From Puniceicoccaceae bacterium (GTDB lineage: Bacteria; Verrucomicrobiota; Verrucomicrobiia; Opitutales; Coraliomargaritaceae): a stretch of 64,000 bases of DNA. The DNA is taken from assembly GCA_022448605.1 (NCBI GenBank), contig JAKVCM010000007.1, positions 74,253 to 138,252 of the forward strand, given 5' to 3'. Under the pieces are notes generated by a model, which was not told where the DNA came from, ran no database searches, and saw only the letters and a list, made by a program, of their open reading frames with translations. This document shows positions 24,716-34,057 of the stretch, in pieces (within the stretch, counting starts at the first letter, position 1; each line of letters starts with the position of its first letter). The position numbers and the translations under genes are program-made.

Positions 24716-25645
24716 ATGGCAGATTCTTGGGAAACTCTTAAATTATTGGCTGACTCGACGCGCATACGGATTCTTTCGCTTTTGGCGCGCGAAGAGCTTT
24801 CGGTGGCCGAGTTGCAAGAAGTGCTCGATATGGGGCAGTCGCGAATTTCTTCCCACCTCGGTCTTCTCCGCCAAGGCGAGCTGGTCCATGACCGCCGCGA
24901 AGGTAAGAAGACTTTCTATGCACTCAACCGTCGCTTCGATCCTCAAGGCTCAGCGCTCATGGAGGCGGCTTGTGCCTCGGTCGATGGCTCTGAGCAGATC
25001 GTTTCTGATCATGCGAATCTTAAGCGTATTTTGGAAAAGCGTAAGCAACAGTCGGAACAGTATTTTAATTCCGTCGCTGGGCGCTTATGTAAGAACTATT
25101 GCCCTGGGCGTAGCTGGGAGGCTATTGGTCATTTCCTGCTTCATCTCACGCCAAAGATTAGAATCGCTGATCTGGGCGCTGGCGAGGGCTTAATTTCGCA
25201 GTTGCTTGCGCGTCGTGCGGAACGGGTCACATGTGTCGATAATTCACCTAAAATGGTGGAGTTTGGACGCGAACTCGCAAAGAAGAACGACTTTAGTAAT
25301 TTAGAGTATCAACTTGGTGATATTGAGGAGGTGCCGCTTAAGGACGAGAGTGTTGACCTCGCTCTGCTTAGCCAAGCACTACATCACGCGCAACACCCAG
25401 AGACTGCAGTGCAAGAAGCTTTCCGTATCTTGCAACCAGGCGGGGAGTTAATCATTATTGATCTTTTAGAGCACCAGTTCGAAAAAGCACGCGAACTTTA
25501 TGCCGATATTTGGCTCGGATTCTCCGAGAATACGCTCTACCAGTTTCTGAAAAATGCTGGCTTTCGTAAGATTGAAGTCACCGTGGTCGCATGCGAAAGT
25601 GTGGAGCCGAATTTCCAGACTGTGTTAGCGAGTGGTGTGAAATGA
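24716..25645 (+). CDS. ArsR-family HTH fused to SAM-dependent methyltransferase domain (SahR-like regulator)
   Basis: LADSTRIRIL...ELSVAEL...QSRISSHL ArsR motif, followed by DLGAGEG, VDNS and SQALHHA. Start trimmed to ATG 24716. Confidence 0.88.
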   Translation: MADSWETLKLLADSTRIRILSLLAREELSVAELQEVLDMGQSRISSHLGLLRQGELVHDRREGKKTFYALNRRFDPQGSALMEAACASVDGSEQIVSDHANLKRILEKRKQQSEQYFNSVAGRLCKNYCPGRSWEAIGHFLLHLTPKIRIADLGAGEGLISQLLARRAERVTCVDNSPKMVEFGRELAKKNDFSNLEYQLGDIEEVPLKDESVDLALLSQALHHAQHPETAVQEAFRILQPGGELIIIDLLEHQFEKARELYADIWLGFSENTLYQFLKNAGFRKIEVTVVACESVEPNFQTVLASGVK

Positions 25646-25795
25646 AAGCTAGCGTTTTGTGGCTAGCTCAATTTTCAGGAAGTGCTCTTTGATTGTTTCC
25701 CAAATCGTAATTGCTCAACATGCAAGGTCTCGTTTGAATTTGTCTTGGGTTTGCTAGGCTTCATTTACTTTAATGAGTCACAGATGGAGTTCCCG

Positions 25796-25877
25796 TGGTC
25801 GAAGGGGGACTTGAACCCCCACGCCTTTCGGCACATGTCCCTTAAACATGCGTGTCTGCCAATTCCACCATTCGACC
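25796..25877 (-). tRNA. tRNA-Leu, anticodon AAG; CCA not encoded
   Basis: GGTCGAA TG GTGGAATTGGCAGACAC G CATGT-TTAAGGG-ACATG TGCCGAAAGGCGT GGGGG-TTCAAGT-CCCCC TTCGACC A. Type II variable arm and A73 discriminator. Confidence 0.95.
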
Positions 25878-26081
25878 GATGGGCTACATTAATGTAGCAA
25901 AGTAGCTGGTGATAGATAGCTTTTTTCTGAGATCAACATAAATTTCTGAAAAACACCTACTTTCTATAAAAAAGGCTCTGCCCATGCTTGAATCTTCAAA
26001 TAGTTTAACATATCAACATACACCTAATAAACTTAACGCACGTGCCTGAAACAAAATCAGTCGCGTTTATCCCAGATAGCC

Positions 26082-27980
26082 ATGGCTGAAAAACCAGCAG
26101 ACAAACCAAGCGAAACGCCCAAAACAGCTAAGCCAGCTAAACAGGCGCTCGATCTCAATGCACTATCCGGTCTCGACTTCGGTCCTAACTGGGCGGACGA
26201 AAACGCCAAGTCCGGTCGCCAGAAGAATTACGATTCTTTCGGCGGTGGCAAAGGAGGTAAAGGTCGCCGCGGTGGCGGTGGTAGCGGAGGCGGTGCGTCA
26301 CGCGATCGTCGATTAGGTGGACGTCCTAGCAGTGGTCATGCAACTGGACGAGACGGTCAATCAGATCGGCGCGCTCTAGGCGCGAGCCGTGGCCGCAGTG
26401 AAGGTCGCCCTGATAACCGTGGCGTAGGTGGTCGCGGCCGCTCCACAGCACCAGCTTATTTTGAACCGACGATCAACGTTGACCTCTATCCACAGGATGA
26501 AGCCTTCGAAGCGTTGATCAACCGCCTGCGTTCTAGCGCACGCACCTATCAGCTATTTGATATCGCACAATTACTTCTCGAAAAGCCAGAGCGTTACATC
26601 GTAGTCGTTTCGCCTAAACCTGTAAAAGATGACGAGCCTGCACAGCTTTACTATTCTGTGCCGGGGCACCTCCCTTTTGAAACTGAAGAGGCTGCAATCA
26701 ATCACGTCATGGCGAATCACCTCGCCCAATTTTTCGAGATCGAAGATACCGAAGTGGAGCCACCAAAAGGCAACTTCCAAATGGTCAATCGCTGTATGAT
26801 TACGAGCGAGTTACTGGGCCCCCCAAATTACCACCGCTACCAAGAGTTTCTCCAGCTTCATTACGCCGCCCGAATTACAGGTATGTCCTTCGAGCAGTTC
26901 GCAGCACGGGTCGAGAGCTCCAAAGAGCAGGAGGATATCGATGCTTGGCTCGAATCGATGAAAAAAGGCGCGCGTTACACGGTCAAGGACCATCAAGAAG
27001 GCGAGTCTGAGTCTTTAGAAACGCTTGAAGCGGTTCGTCACTTTCTCCTCCAGCATCGTAAAGACAAGGTCGTCGGCACTGGCGAGAGCATTCGCTTTGC
27101 AGGCCGTGACATCAAGCGCCTGCCTAAGGGCGATATTCGCCGCTCGGTTGAAGCCTATGTTGAGAGTCAAAAGCAATTCCCACTTGATTCGGCCAACAAC
27201 ATTCGTGGTCGCCTCCGCCGTCATAAGTTTGCTGTTTATAAAAAAGGTGCAAAGGGAGTCTCATTCGTATGCGCCGTAAAGCGTAAATTCCGCGATAGCA
27301 AAACTGTCTTTACCGAATCGATTGGTGATCTGATCGATTTTATCGAAAAGCATCCCGACTTACCTGCCTCAAAATTGCCGAATGAATATATTGGTATCGA
27401 TACCGAGAAGCAAAAACCCGAAGCACTCAAGATGACCGAAGCGGAGGTTGAAGCTGCGGCTAAAGCAAAGGCGGAAGTCGCCGAGGTCGAAGCGAAAGCT
27501 GCCGAAGTTGATTCTACTGAAGGTGAAACTGTCGAAGCGCCAGAGAAGGCTTCTGAACTTGATGAAGCGGCAGCGACAATCGCAAACGATGCCTCTGCCT
27601 CCACGGAGGCGCAACCCAAAGTCGAACTTAGTGAAGGGGATCAAAAGAAGCTCCGCCAGTTGATGCTTGATCTGCGTTGGTTGATCACTGAAGGCTACGT
27701 CACCGAATACGGAGATGGTCGCCTCTTTGCGCCCCCACCAATGCCAGATGCTAAACCAAAGGAAGCCAAAGCCCCCAAGATAGAATCAGGGCTAGAGTCA
27801 GATTCTGAAGCCGAAGCTAAACAAGAAGTCGCCACCGAAACTGAAGTTGCTAAAGACGTGGAATCACTGAAGATCCAGGCTAGTCCAGAGACTGTAATCC
27901 AGGAGGCCAAAGAACCAGAGCTTGAAGCACCCATCAATGAAGCTGAAACTGAAGAATCTGCCGAAGAAAAAAAGTCATAG
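26082..27980 (+). CDS. Hypothetical protein with RG/RGG-rich N-terminus and Glu/Ala-rich tail
   Basis: 632 aa ORF with a globular-looking core (LLGPPNYHRYQ, WLITEGYVTEYGDG) and low-complexity ends. Confidence 0.75.
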   Translation: MAEKPADKPSETPKTAKPAKQALDLNALSGLDFGPNWADENAKSGRQKNYDSFGGGKGGKGRRGGGGSGGGASRDRRLGGRPSSGHATGRDGQSDRRALGASRGRSEGRPDNRGVGGRGRSTAPAYFEPTINVDLYPQDEAFEALINRLRSSARTYQLFDIAQLLLEKPERYIVVVSPKPVKDDEPAQLYYSVPGHLPFETEEAAINHVMANHLAQFFEIEDTEVEPPKGNFQMVNRCMITSELLGPPNYHRYQEFLQLHYAARITGMSFEQFAARVESSKEQEDIDAWLESMKKGARYTVKDHQEGESESLETLEAVRHFLLQHRKDKVVGTGESIRFAGRDIKRLPKGDIRRSVEAYVESQKQFPLDSANNIRGRLRRHKFAVYKKGAKGVSFVCAVKRKFRDSKTVFTESIGDLIDFIEKHPDLPASKLPNEYIGIDTEKQKPEALKMTEAEVEAAAKAKAEVAEVEAKAAEVDSTEGETVEAPEKASELDEAAATIANDASASTEAQPKVELSEGDQKKLRQLMLDLRWLITEGYVTEYGDGRLFAPPPMPDAKPKEAKAPKIESGLESDSEAEAKQEVATETEVAKDVESLKIQASPETVIQEAKEPELEAPINEAETEESAEEKKS

Positions 27981-28110
27981 CGATCTATCACTCTTTGTGG
28001 CGTTTAAATTCCTCAATTGCCCAGACAGATAGGTCCGTTTCCGTTCAGTAATTGAGCTTCGAAGGCTCGCTAGTGATCTAGCTTCAGGCCTTAGTCCTAA
28101 TGTCTAGCTT

Positions 28111-28596
28111 TTATATTTTGTATTCGCTTTTCAAATACGCTATTAGCGAAGGAATGGCTTCGGCCATCGAATCGAAACAAGCTGCGTAGGCTGTGTAGTT
28201 TTGCCCGTAAGGGTCGGGAATCTCGGTGGGTTCACCTTTTCCCATGAATTCACGAAAGAGATGCACACGCTCGGGTAGGCCTGTGTGGTTATGGTTCAAG
28301 ATATCTATGTGGGACTGCGTCATTCCTAGAATAAGGAAAGCGCGGTCAATTAAGTCTTGGGTCAGGGGTTGGCTCTTGTGCCTACCAAGATCGAGTTTTA
28401 TTTTTTTAAGCGCAGCCACTGAGTTGGCTGAGGCTGGGTCCCCATAGCCTGCAGCGACACCTGCGGAGACGATTTCGATCTGATTGAGCGGTTCGCCCTG
28501 ACCAGTTAGCGCGTGCTGCAGTAATTTCTCTGCCATTGGGCTACGGCATACATTGCCCGTGCAAATGGTCAGAATTAGATTACGCTTGGAGGCCAT
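28111..28596 (-). CDS. Low molecular weight protein phosphatase (Tyr/Arg)
   Basis: P-loop CTGNVCRSPMAE, SAG, IPDPYG. Confidence 0.92.
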   Translation of the reverse strand: MASKRNLILTICTGNVCRSPMAEKLLQHALTGQGEPLNQIEIVSAGVAAGYGDPASANSVAALKKIKLDLGRHKSQPLTQDLIDRAFLILGMTQSHIDILNHNHTGLPERVHLFREFMGKGEPTEIPDPYGQNYTAYAACFDSMAEAIPSLIAYLKSEYKI

Positions 28597-28705
28597 GGTC
28601 TGAAGGTAGACAGTAGGGTTCGGACTATTTGTAAAGGTATGAGGGAAACACTCCTGCGCGTCTATAATGATATTTTGGTTGAGAGAAGAAAATCTATTTC
28701 TCCGC

Positions 28706-29992
28706 TCATCGATTTAACTCCCGATGCCCGATATCACGCCGTAGGAATTTGTCTTTAAACTTAACCTGATCACAGACTTTGTAGGCTAGCTTGGCTGCAG
28801 CTTTTAGAGTTTGCGCTTGGCCGCTTACGCCGAGTACACGGCCTCCAGCGGTGCGAATGGTGCCGTCGGGTTCGCGAGTCGTTCCCGCATGAACGATTGC
28901 GGCGCTCGCAGGCAGTGAGTTAGGGAATGTGATTGGATTCCCTTTGGCGTAGCTACCGGGGTAGCCTCCTGCCGCGAGCACGACGACGATAGCCGCACCT
29001 TTGTGGAATTGGAGCTTCGTGGGGAGTGATTCGCCCTTTGCGGAGGCTAGTAGCACGGGCACAAGGTCGTCAGCCACCATCGGGAGGAGCACTTGGGTCT
29101 CGGGGTCACCGAAACGAACGTTGTATTCGAGCACTTTGACGCCCTGATCCGTAAGCATAAGCCCCGCGTAGAGCGTGCCGCGGTAGTCGATGCCGTCGGC
29201 TTTGAGGCCGGCGAGAGTGGGTTTGATCACTTTTTCTTCGATCTCGGCCTGCATGTCAGATGTCACCCGACTAGTTGGGGTGTAGGCACCCATGCCACCT
29301 GTGTTGAGACCGGTGTCTCCTTCACCCGCTCTTTTATGGTCTTGGCTGGGAGGCAGGCAAACAAAGTCTTCACCCGATGCGATCACGTGGATAGAGGCTT
29401 CTTCGCCGTATAGGGTCTCTTCGATTACGATCTCCTTGCCGCTGCTGCCAAAGGCATCGCCCTCGAGCATATCTTCAACTGCTGCGATTGCTTCATCCTG
29501 TGTTTCTGCCATAATGACGCCCTTACCGGCGGCGAGGCCGCTAGCTTTGATGACGATGGGAGCAGGATGCTCATCAAGGTAGGCGAGAGCGGGAGCAATT
29601 TCGGTAAAATTACTGTAGGCCGCGGTCGGGATGTTGTATTTGGCAAAAAAGTTTTTGCAGAAAACCTTGCTCGATTCAAGCTGGGCTCCAGCGGCATTGG
29701 GGCCATACGCGGGGATGCTAACGGCGGCCAGCGCGTCGACGAGACCGAGGCTAAGCGGCACTTCTGGGCCTACTATGACGAGACCGATGCCCTGCTCTTG
29801 GGCAAGAGCGACCATACCCTCAATTTCTTCGACGGGGACGTCAAAGCACTCCGCCTCTACGGCCATGCCGCCATTACCTGGAGCGGCGATCACTTTACCC
29901 GCAAGCGGGCTGTGAAGGCATGCATGAAGAAGAGCGTGTTCACGACCACCAGAGCCGACCACGAGTATATTGAGTAGTGAGGAGTCTGACAT
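28706..29992 (-). CDS. purD: Phosphoribosylamine-glycine ligase
   Basis: GSGGREHA, PGNGG, VGPE, KASGLAAGKGV, QDHKR, NTGGMGAY, EYNVRFGDPE. Confidence 0.98.
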   Translation of the reverse strand: MSDSSLLNILVVGSGGREHALLHACLHSPLAGKVIAAPGNGGMAVEAECFDVPVEEIEGMVALAQEQGIGLVIVGPEVPLSLGLVDALAAVSIPAYGPNAAGAQLESSKVFCKNFFAKYNIPTAAYSNFTEIAPALAYLDEHPAPIVIKASGLAAGKGVIMAETQDEAIAAVEDMLEGDAFGSSGKEIVIEETLYGEEASIHVIASGEDFVCLPPSQDHKRAGEGDTGLNTGGMGAYTPTSRVTSDMQAEIEEKVIKPTLAGLKADGIDYRGTLYAGLMLTDQGVKVLEYNVRFGDPETQVLLPMVADDLVPVLLASAKGESLPTKLQFHKGAAIVVVLAAGGYPGSYAKGNPITFPNSLPASAAIVHAGTTREPDGTIRTAGGRVLGVSGQAQTLKAAAKLAYKVCDQVKFKDKFLRRDIGHRELNR

Positions 29993-30098
29993 TTTTTAGA
30001 GAACGCTTCCAGAATCACTCGCACAGGTAAAGTTTGTTTTCAAGAAAGAGGGTTGAACTTTTTCTGTAGGCCGTGATTTTAGCGCGTTTCTATCATTC

Positions 30099-31907
30099 AT
30101 GACTGATCTCAACCATACTCGCAATTTCTGCATTATTGCCCACGTCGATCACGGAAAGACAACTTTGTCTGACCGTATCCTCGAAATGACGCGCACTGTA
30201 GAAATGCGTGATATGAAAGCCCAGCTTCTCGACTCCATGGACTTGGAGCGTGAGCGAGGGATCACGATTAAAAGCCACCCCGTGTCTATGGTCTATAAAG
30301 CTAAAGACGGGAATGACTATGCTTTCAACTTGATCGATACCCCTGGGCACGTGGATTTTTCTTACGAAGTTTCCCGTAGTATGGCTGCGTGTGAGGGTGC
30401 TCTGCTGCTGATCGATGCCGCTCAAGGCATCGAAGCGCAAACCGTGGCCAATGCTCACCTCGCGCTAGAACAGGGACTGGAAATCATTCCCGTGATTAAC
30501 AAGGTCGATCTACCTAGTGCCGACGTGACTGCCATCATGGTGCAGTTGGAGGACGTGTTAGCGATCCCCGCGGACGAGGCTGTGATGACTAGTGGTAAAA
30601 CCGGCATCGGGATTGAAGACCTACTCGAAGCCGCTGTCATCCGTGTGCCCAAGCCTCGATGGGCAGAAGTGGATGGGCTGCGTATGTTGATTTTCGACTG
30701 CATTTACGATACATACAAAGGCGTGATTTGTTATGTCCGTGTCTTTTCTGGTCAGGTTAAGATAAACGATCCTATTATTACAATGAGTGACGAGCGCAAG
30801 ATGCTAGTTAAGGAAGTGGGCAAGTTTTCGCCCGCCATGACTAAGCAAGAGACACTTAAAGCAGGCGATGTTGGCTACGTCGTGACGAATCTCCGCGATG
30901 TGGCCGACCTAAAGCTCGGTGATACCATCACTCATAATACTAATCCTACTAGGGAAATGTTACCCGGTTATAAAGAGGTGAGCCCCATGGTTTTTAGTGG
31001 TATCTACCCCATCGATACGAGCGACTACAACAAGCTCAAGGCGGGCATGGGCAAGCTTCGTCTTAACGACGCTGCCTTCGTTTACCAGTCGGAAAACTCC
31101 GTCGCCCTTGGCTTCGGCTTTCGTTGTGGTTTCCTTGGTTTGCTTCACATGGAGATCATCCAAGAGCGTATCCGCCGCGAGTATGATCTCGATGTGATTT
31201 CCACTTATCCGAGTGTAGTTTATCATGTCACAAAGACAGACGCCGAACAAATCGAAGTACATAACCCTGTCTACCTCCCTGATCCCGCTGAGATCGAGTT
31301 CATCGAAGAACCTATGATCAACGCATCGATTCATATTCCGTCTGATTCGATCGGTGATGTGCTGGCATTGGTTTCTGAGAAGCGCGGTATCTGTGAACAT
31401 ACCGAAACAATCGATGATGAACGCGTCATGCTCGTCTGCCGTCTACCGCTCAATGAAATTTTGGTCGATTTTAATGACCGCCTCAAAAGCATCACCCACG
31501 GCTACGGTTCGATGGATTACGAGATGGCCGGTTACAAAAAGGCTAAGCTTTGCCGCCTCGACATTCGTGTAAATCAAGAGGCCGTCGATGCCTTCTCCTC
31601 TATCGTACACTTAGACAAAGCCGAAGGCCGCGGACGCGCGCTCTGCAAGCGCCTAAAAGAGATCTTGCCTAAGCAAATGTTCAAGATCGCGATCCAAGCC
31701 GGCGTCGGCAGCAACATAGTCGCCCGAGAAACAATCAGCGCCTATCGCAAAGATGTGACTGCCAAGTGTTATGGCGGCGATATTTCCCGTAAACGTAAAC
31801 TATTAGAGAAACAAAAAGAGGGCAAGAAACGCATGAAAAATATCGGTAGCGTCTCCATCCCTCAGGACGCGTTTATTAAGATTTTAAAGACCTCAGACGG
31901 TGGCTAA
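30099..31907 (+). CDS. lepA: Elongation factor 4
   Basis: RNFCIIAHVDHGKTTL, DTPGHVDF, GFRCGFLGLLHMEI, KCYGGDISRKRKLLEKQK. Confidence 0.98.
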   Translation: MTDLNHTRNFCIIAHVDHGKTTLSDRILEMTRTVEMRDMKAQLLDSMDLERERGITIKSHPVSMVYKAKDGNDYAFNLIDTPGHVDFSYEVSRSMAACEGALLLIDAAQGIEAQTVANAHLALEQGLEIIPVINKVDLPSADVTAIMVQLEDVLAIPADEAVMTSGKTGIGIEDLLEAAVIRVPKPRWAEVDGLRMLIFDCIYDTYKGVICYVRVFSGQVKINDPIITMSDERKMLVKEVGKFSPAMTKQETLKAGDVGYVVTNLRDVADLKLGDTITHNTNPTREMLPGYKEVSPMVFSGIYPIDTSDYNKLKAGMGKLRLNDAAFVYQSENSVALGFGFRCGFLGLLHMEIIQERIRREYDLDVISTYPSVVYHVTKTDAEQIEVHNPVYLPDPAEIEFIEEPMINASIHIPSDSIGDVLALVSEKRGICEHTETIDDERVMLVCRLPLNEILVDFNDRLKSITHGYGSMDYEMAGYKKAKLCRLDIRVNQEAVDAFSSIVHLDKAEGRGRALCKRLKEILPKQMFKIAIQAGVGSNIVARETISAYRKDVTAKCYGGDISRKRKLLEKQKEGKKRMKNIGSVSIPQDAFIKILKTSDGG

Positions 31908-31938
31908 GAGCTGAGATTATGGATCAGGTGCAGCATTA

Positions 31939-32931
31939 CTAGATACTTGGCTTTAAAATTAACACGCCGTCGTGGGCTTCGGCGATTTCACGCATAATGT
32001 TGGCATAGCGGGAGTTGCCCTGGGTGGCGCCGATCTGAAAGGGGTTAACTAGGGTGGGGAAGCCAATTGCACTGATCGAGACGGGGCGCTTACCGGTGCT
32101 AGTACTGCGCGGATTCATACGGTCGAGTTGGATAAGTAGGCTTTGGGTTGAACCGCGGAAGTCGTCACCGACGACGTAAATGCTCATGAACTCGTCTGCT
32201 TTGAGGCTGGGTTTCAAGTCACGGATGGCACGGCGTAAGCCAGGCTCGGGGTCGCTGACACTGGCCGTTGGATAGTTAAGGATCTGGCGAAGTGCTTGTT
32301 GGCGTAAGCCAGAGGTGTCGGGTAGCCAAAAGCCGCGTCGGCTGCTCAGGATGTAATTGCCGCTGGTGTCGAAAAACTGGATGCTGCGCACTACGGGAAG
32401 GCTCTCAAGTAGCTCGCGGATTTGTTCGACCACACCATAGTGGAGTTGGCCTGTCATTTGGTTGCGCATACTACCTGAGGTGTCGATAACGAAGGCAACG
32501 TGTGTTGCCTCAGTTGGTAGGCCAATAGGAGGAAGGTCTTCATGTTTAAAGCTCTGCAGCAAACGCTTTGCCGTGGCGGCGGCTTGCTCGGTTGTACTGA
32601 GCGTGGACTCTAGGCTTTCGAATTTCTTTTCCAAGGCGGCTAACTTAGATTCCTGCTCTTGAATGAGAGAGAGAATACGATCTCGCTCGGTGTTGGTTCG
32701 TTCGCTATTGATGGCTGCCTCGAGCAGAATGGTCTGATCGGCCACGTCGGCTTCCAGCATGGCAAGCTGCGCTTGCATAGCTCTGAGTGTTGGCACGTCG
32801 ACTTCGCTCTCAACCCCATGCGGCCCTGAACCGATGGATAGGATGAAGAGCAACAGAATCGCCCCGAAGCCACAGCAGAGGCAGTCGAGAAATGAGAGGC
32901 TGAAAACCTCTATGGGGCGGCGTTTAATCAT
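31939..32931 (-). CDS. ExbD/MotB-like TM anchor + coiled coil + vWA domain protein (paralogue 2)
   Basis: N-terminal KRR...FSLSFLDCLCCGFGAILLLFIL, coiled coil, MIDAS FVIDTSGSM, VVGDD. Confidence 0.8.
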   Translation of the reverse strand: MIKRRPIEVFSLSFLDCLCCGFGAILLLFILSIGSGPHGVESEVDVPTLRAMQAQLAMLEADVADQTILLEAAINSERTNTERDRILSLIQEQESKLAALEKKFESLESTLSTTEQAAATAKRLLQSFKHEDLPPIGLPTEATHVAFVIDTSGSMRNQMTGQLHYGVVEQIRELLESLPVVRSIQFFDTSGNYILSSRRGFWLPDTSGLRQQALRQILNYPTASVSDPEPGLRRAIRDLKPSLKADEFMSIYVVGDDFRGSTQSLLIQLDRMNPRSTSTGKRPVSISAIGFPTLVNPFQIGATQGNSRYANIMREIAEAHDGVLILKPSI

Positions 32932-32990
32932 TGATTCGGATGTCTGGTTTCCAGCTTAATTGTTTTCCGATTTTCAGCTTTTGAGATTTT

Positions 32991-34004
32991 CTATAGGCTT
33001 GGCCAATCGTTGTCGGGAATGAGGGTGATCCCTTTAGTGCGACCACTTAGTTGCCAGAAGAGTCCGGCGGCGGCAGGGTCCCCGCTAAAGGGAAAGAGGA
33101 TGACGTTTAATGGGTAGTTGAGGCGATTAGCCATGGCGCGGTTGAAGAGTTTGACGCGGTCGGCTTCAGTCAGGCTGCCGCTGCGCGGTGCAGGGGCTGT
33201 GGGCAACCCGTCTCCGATCAAGAGTAGACTACTGGCACGTTGCTTGAGCTGGCTGACGGCTTTGAGGCCTTTTGATAGGTCGGCACCGCCGCTGGCTTCT
33301 AGCTGTTCAAGACGGTCGAGGAAGGACAGCAAAGCCTCGTTGTTATAGGGATCAATGTAGGGATTCTTAGTGTTACCAGAGATTGCTTTGGTCTCCTCAG
33401 CCATGGCGAAGATCGCGACTTGGGTATCTTTGGGGATCGCTGCAAGAACAGCGCGGACAGCGGCTTTGCTGCGTAGCCATTTCTTGGCTTTGGCTCCAGT
33501 CCCTTGTTGTATCATTTGAATGGCGGTCTTGGCATCTTCGGCCAGCATGCTGCCAGAGCTTTCAAGTAGGATGACGGCGCGTGGTCCGCGTAAGCGTAGG
33601 CCCGAGAGATAACTTTTATCGGCGGAGGGACGGTCGAGGGCGGCTGGTTGATCAGTAGGCTCAGTTTTGTTTTCAAGTGCAGTAAGGGCTTTGGCCTGAT
33701 CTTCGACTGCTTTGGCTAAGCGCTCTTGTTCGGCGGCGAGTGCGGCCACGCTGGTGGCCTTGGTGCCAGGCTGCGGGTCGAGGGCTTTAATTTCTTCTGC
33801 AAGCGCTAACTTTTTGGCCTTAGTCTCGCGGATGGCGGCTTCGAGTGTCTCGGCAGCATTGACCGATTGCATGGCCTTTTCTTGACTATCGGTGATCTGT
33901 GCCTTGGCCGTTAAAATAAAAAGCAGTAGCACCGCCCCGAAACCGCAGCAGATACAATCCATAAATGAGAGCGCTGAACTCTGGGCTTCGCGGCGTTTAT
34001 GCAT
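32991..34004 (-). CDS. ExbD/MotB-like TM anchor + coiled coil + vWA domain protein (paralogue 1)
   Basis: N-terminal KRR...ALSFMDCICCGFGAVLLLFIL, coiled coil, variant MIDAS ILLESSGSM, LIGDGLP. Confidence 0.8.
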   Translation of the reverse strand: MHKRREAQSSALSFMDCICCGFGAVLLLFILTAKAQITDSQEKAMQSVNAAETLEAAIRETKAKKLALAEEIKALDPQPGTKATSVAALAAEQERLAKAVEDQAKALTALENKTEPTDQPAALDRPSADKSYLSGLRLRGPRAVILLESSGSMLAEDAKTAIQMIQQGTGAKAKKWLRSKAAVRAVLAAIPKDTQVAIFAMAEETKAISGNTKNPYIDPYNNEALLSFLDRLEQLEASGGADLSKGLKAVSQLKQRASSLLLIGDGLPTAPAPRSGSLTEADRVKLFNRAMANRLNYPLNVILFPFSGDPAAAGLFWQLSGRTKGITLIPDNDWPSL

Positions 34005-34057
34005 TGTTGCTGGTTTAGTGATTGAGTGGACCTAGGTCCAGTAAGCCTATTGCGTGC

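Noticed and set aside
24579-25193. 204-aa ORF overlapping the ArsR-methyltransferase gene
   Set aside because: Alternative frame on the same strand with no motif. The ArsR frame is clearly the real one.
25796-26081. tRNA as an integration site for a genomic island
   Set aside because: No integrase, no duplicated tRNA 3' end noticed, and the flanking genes look native.
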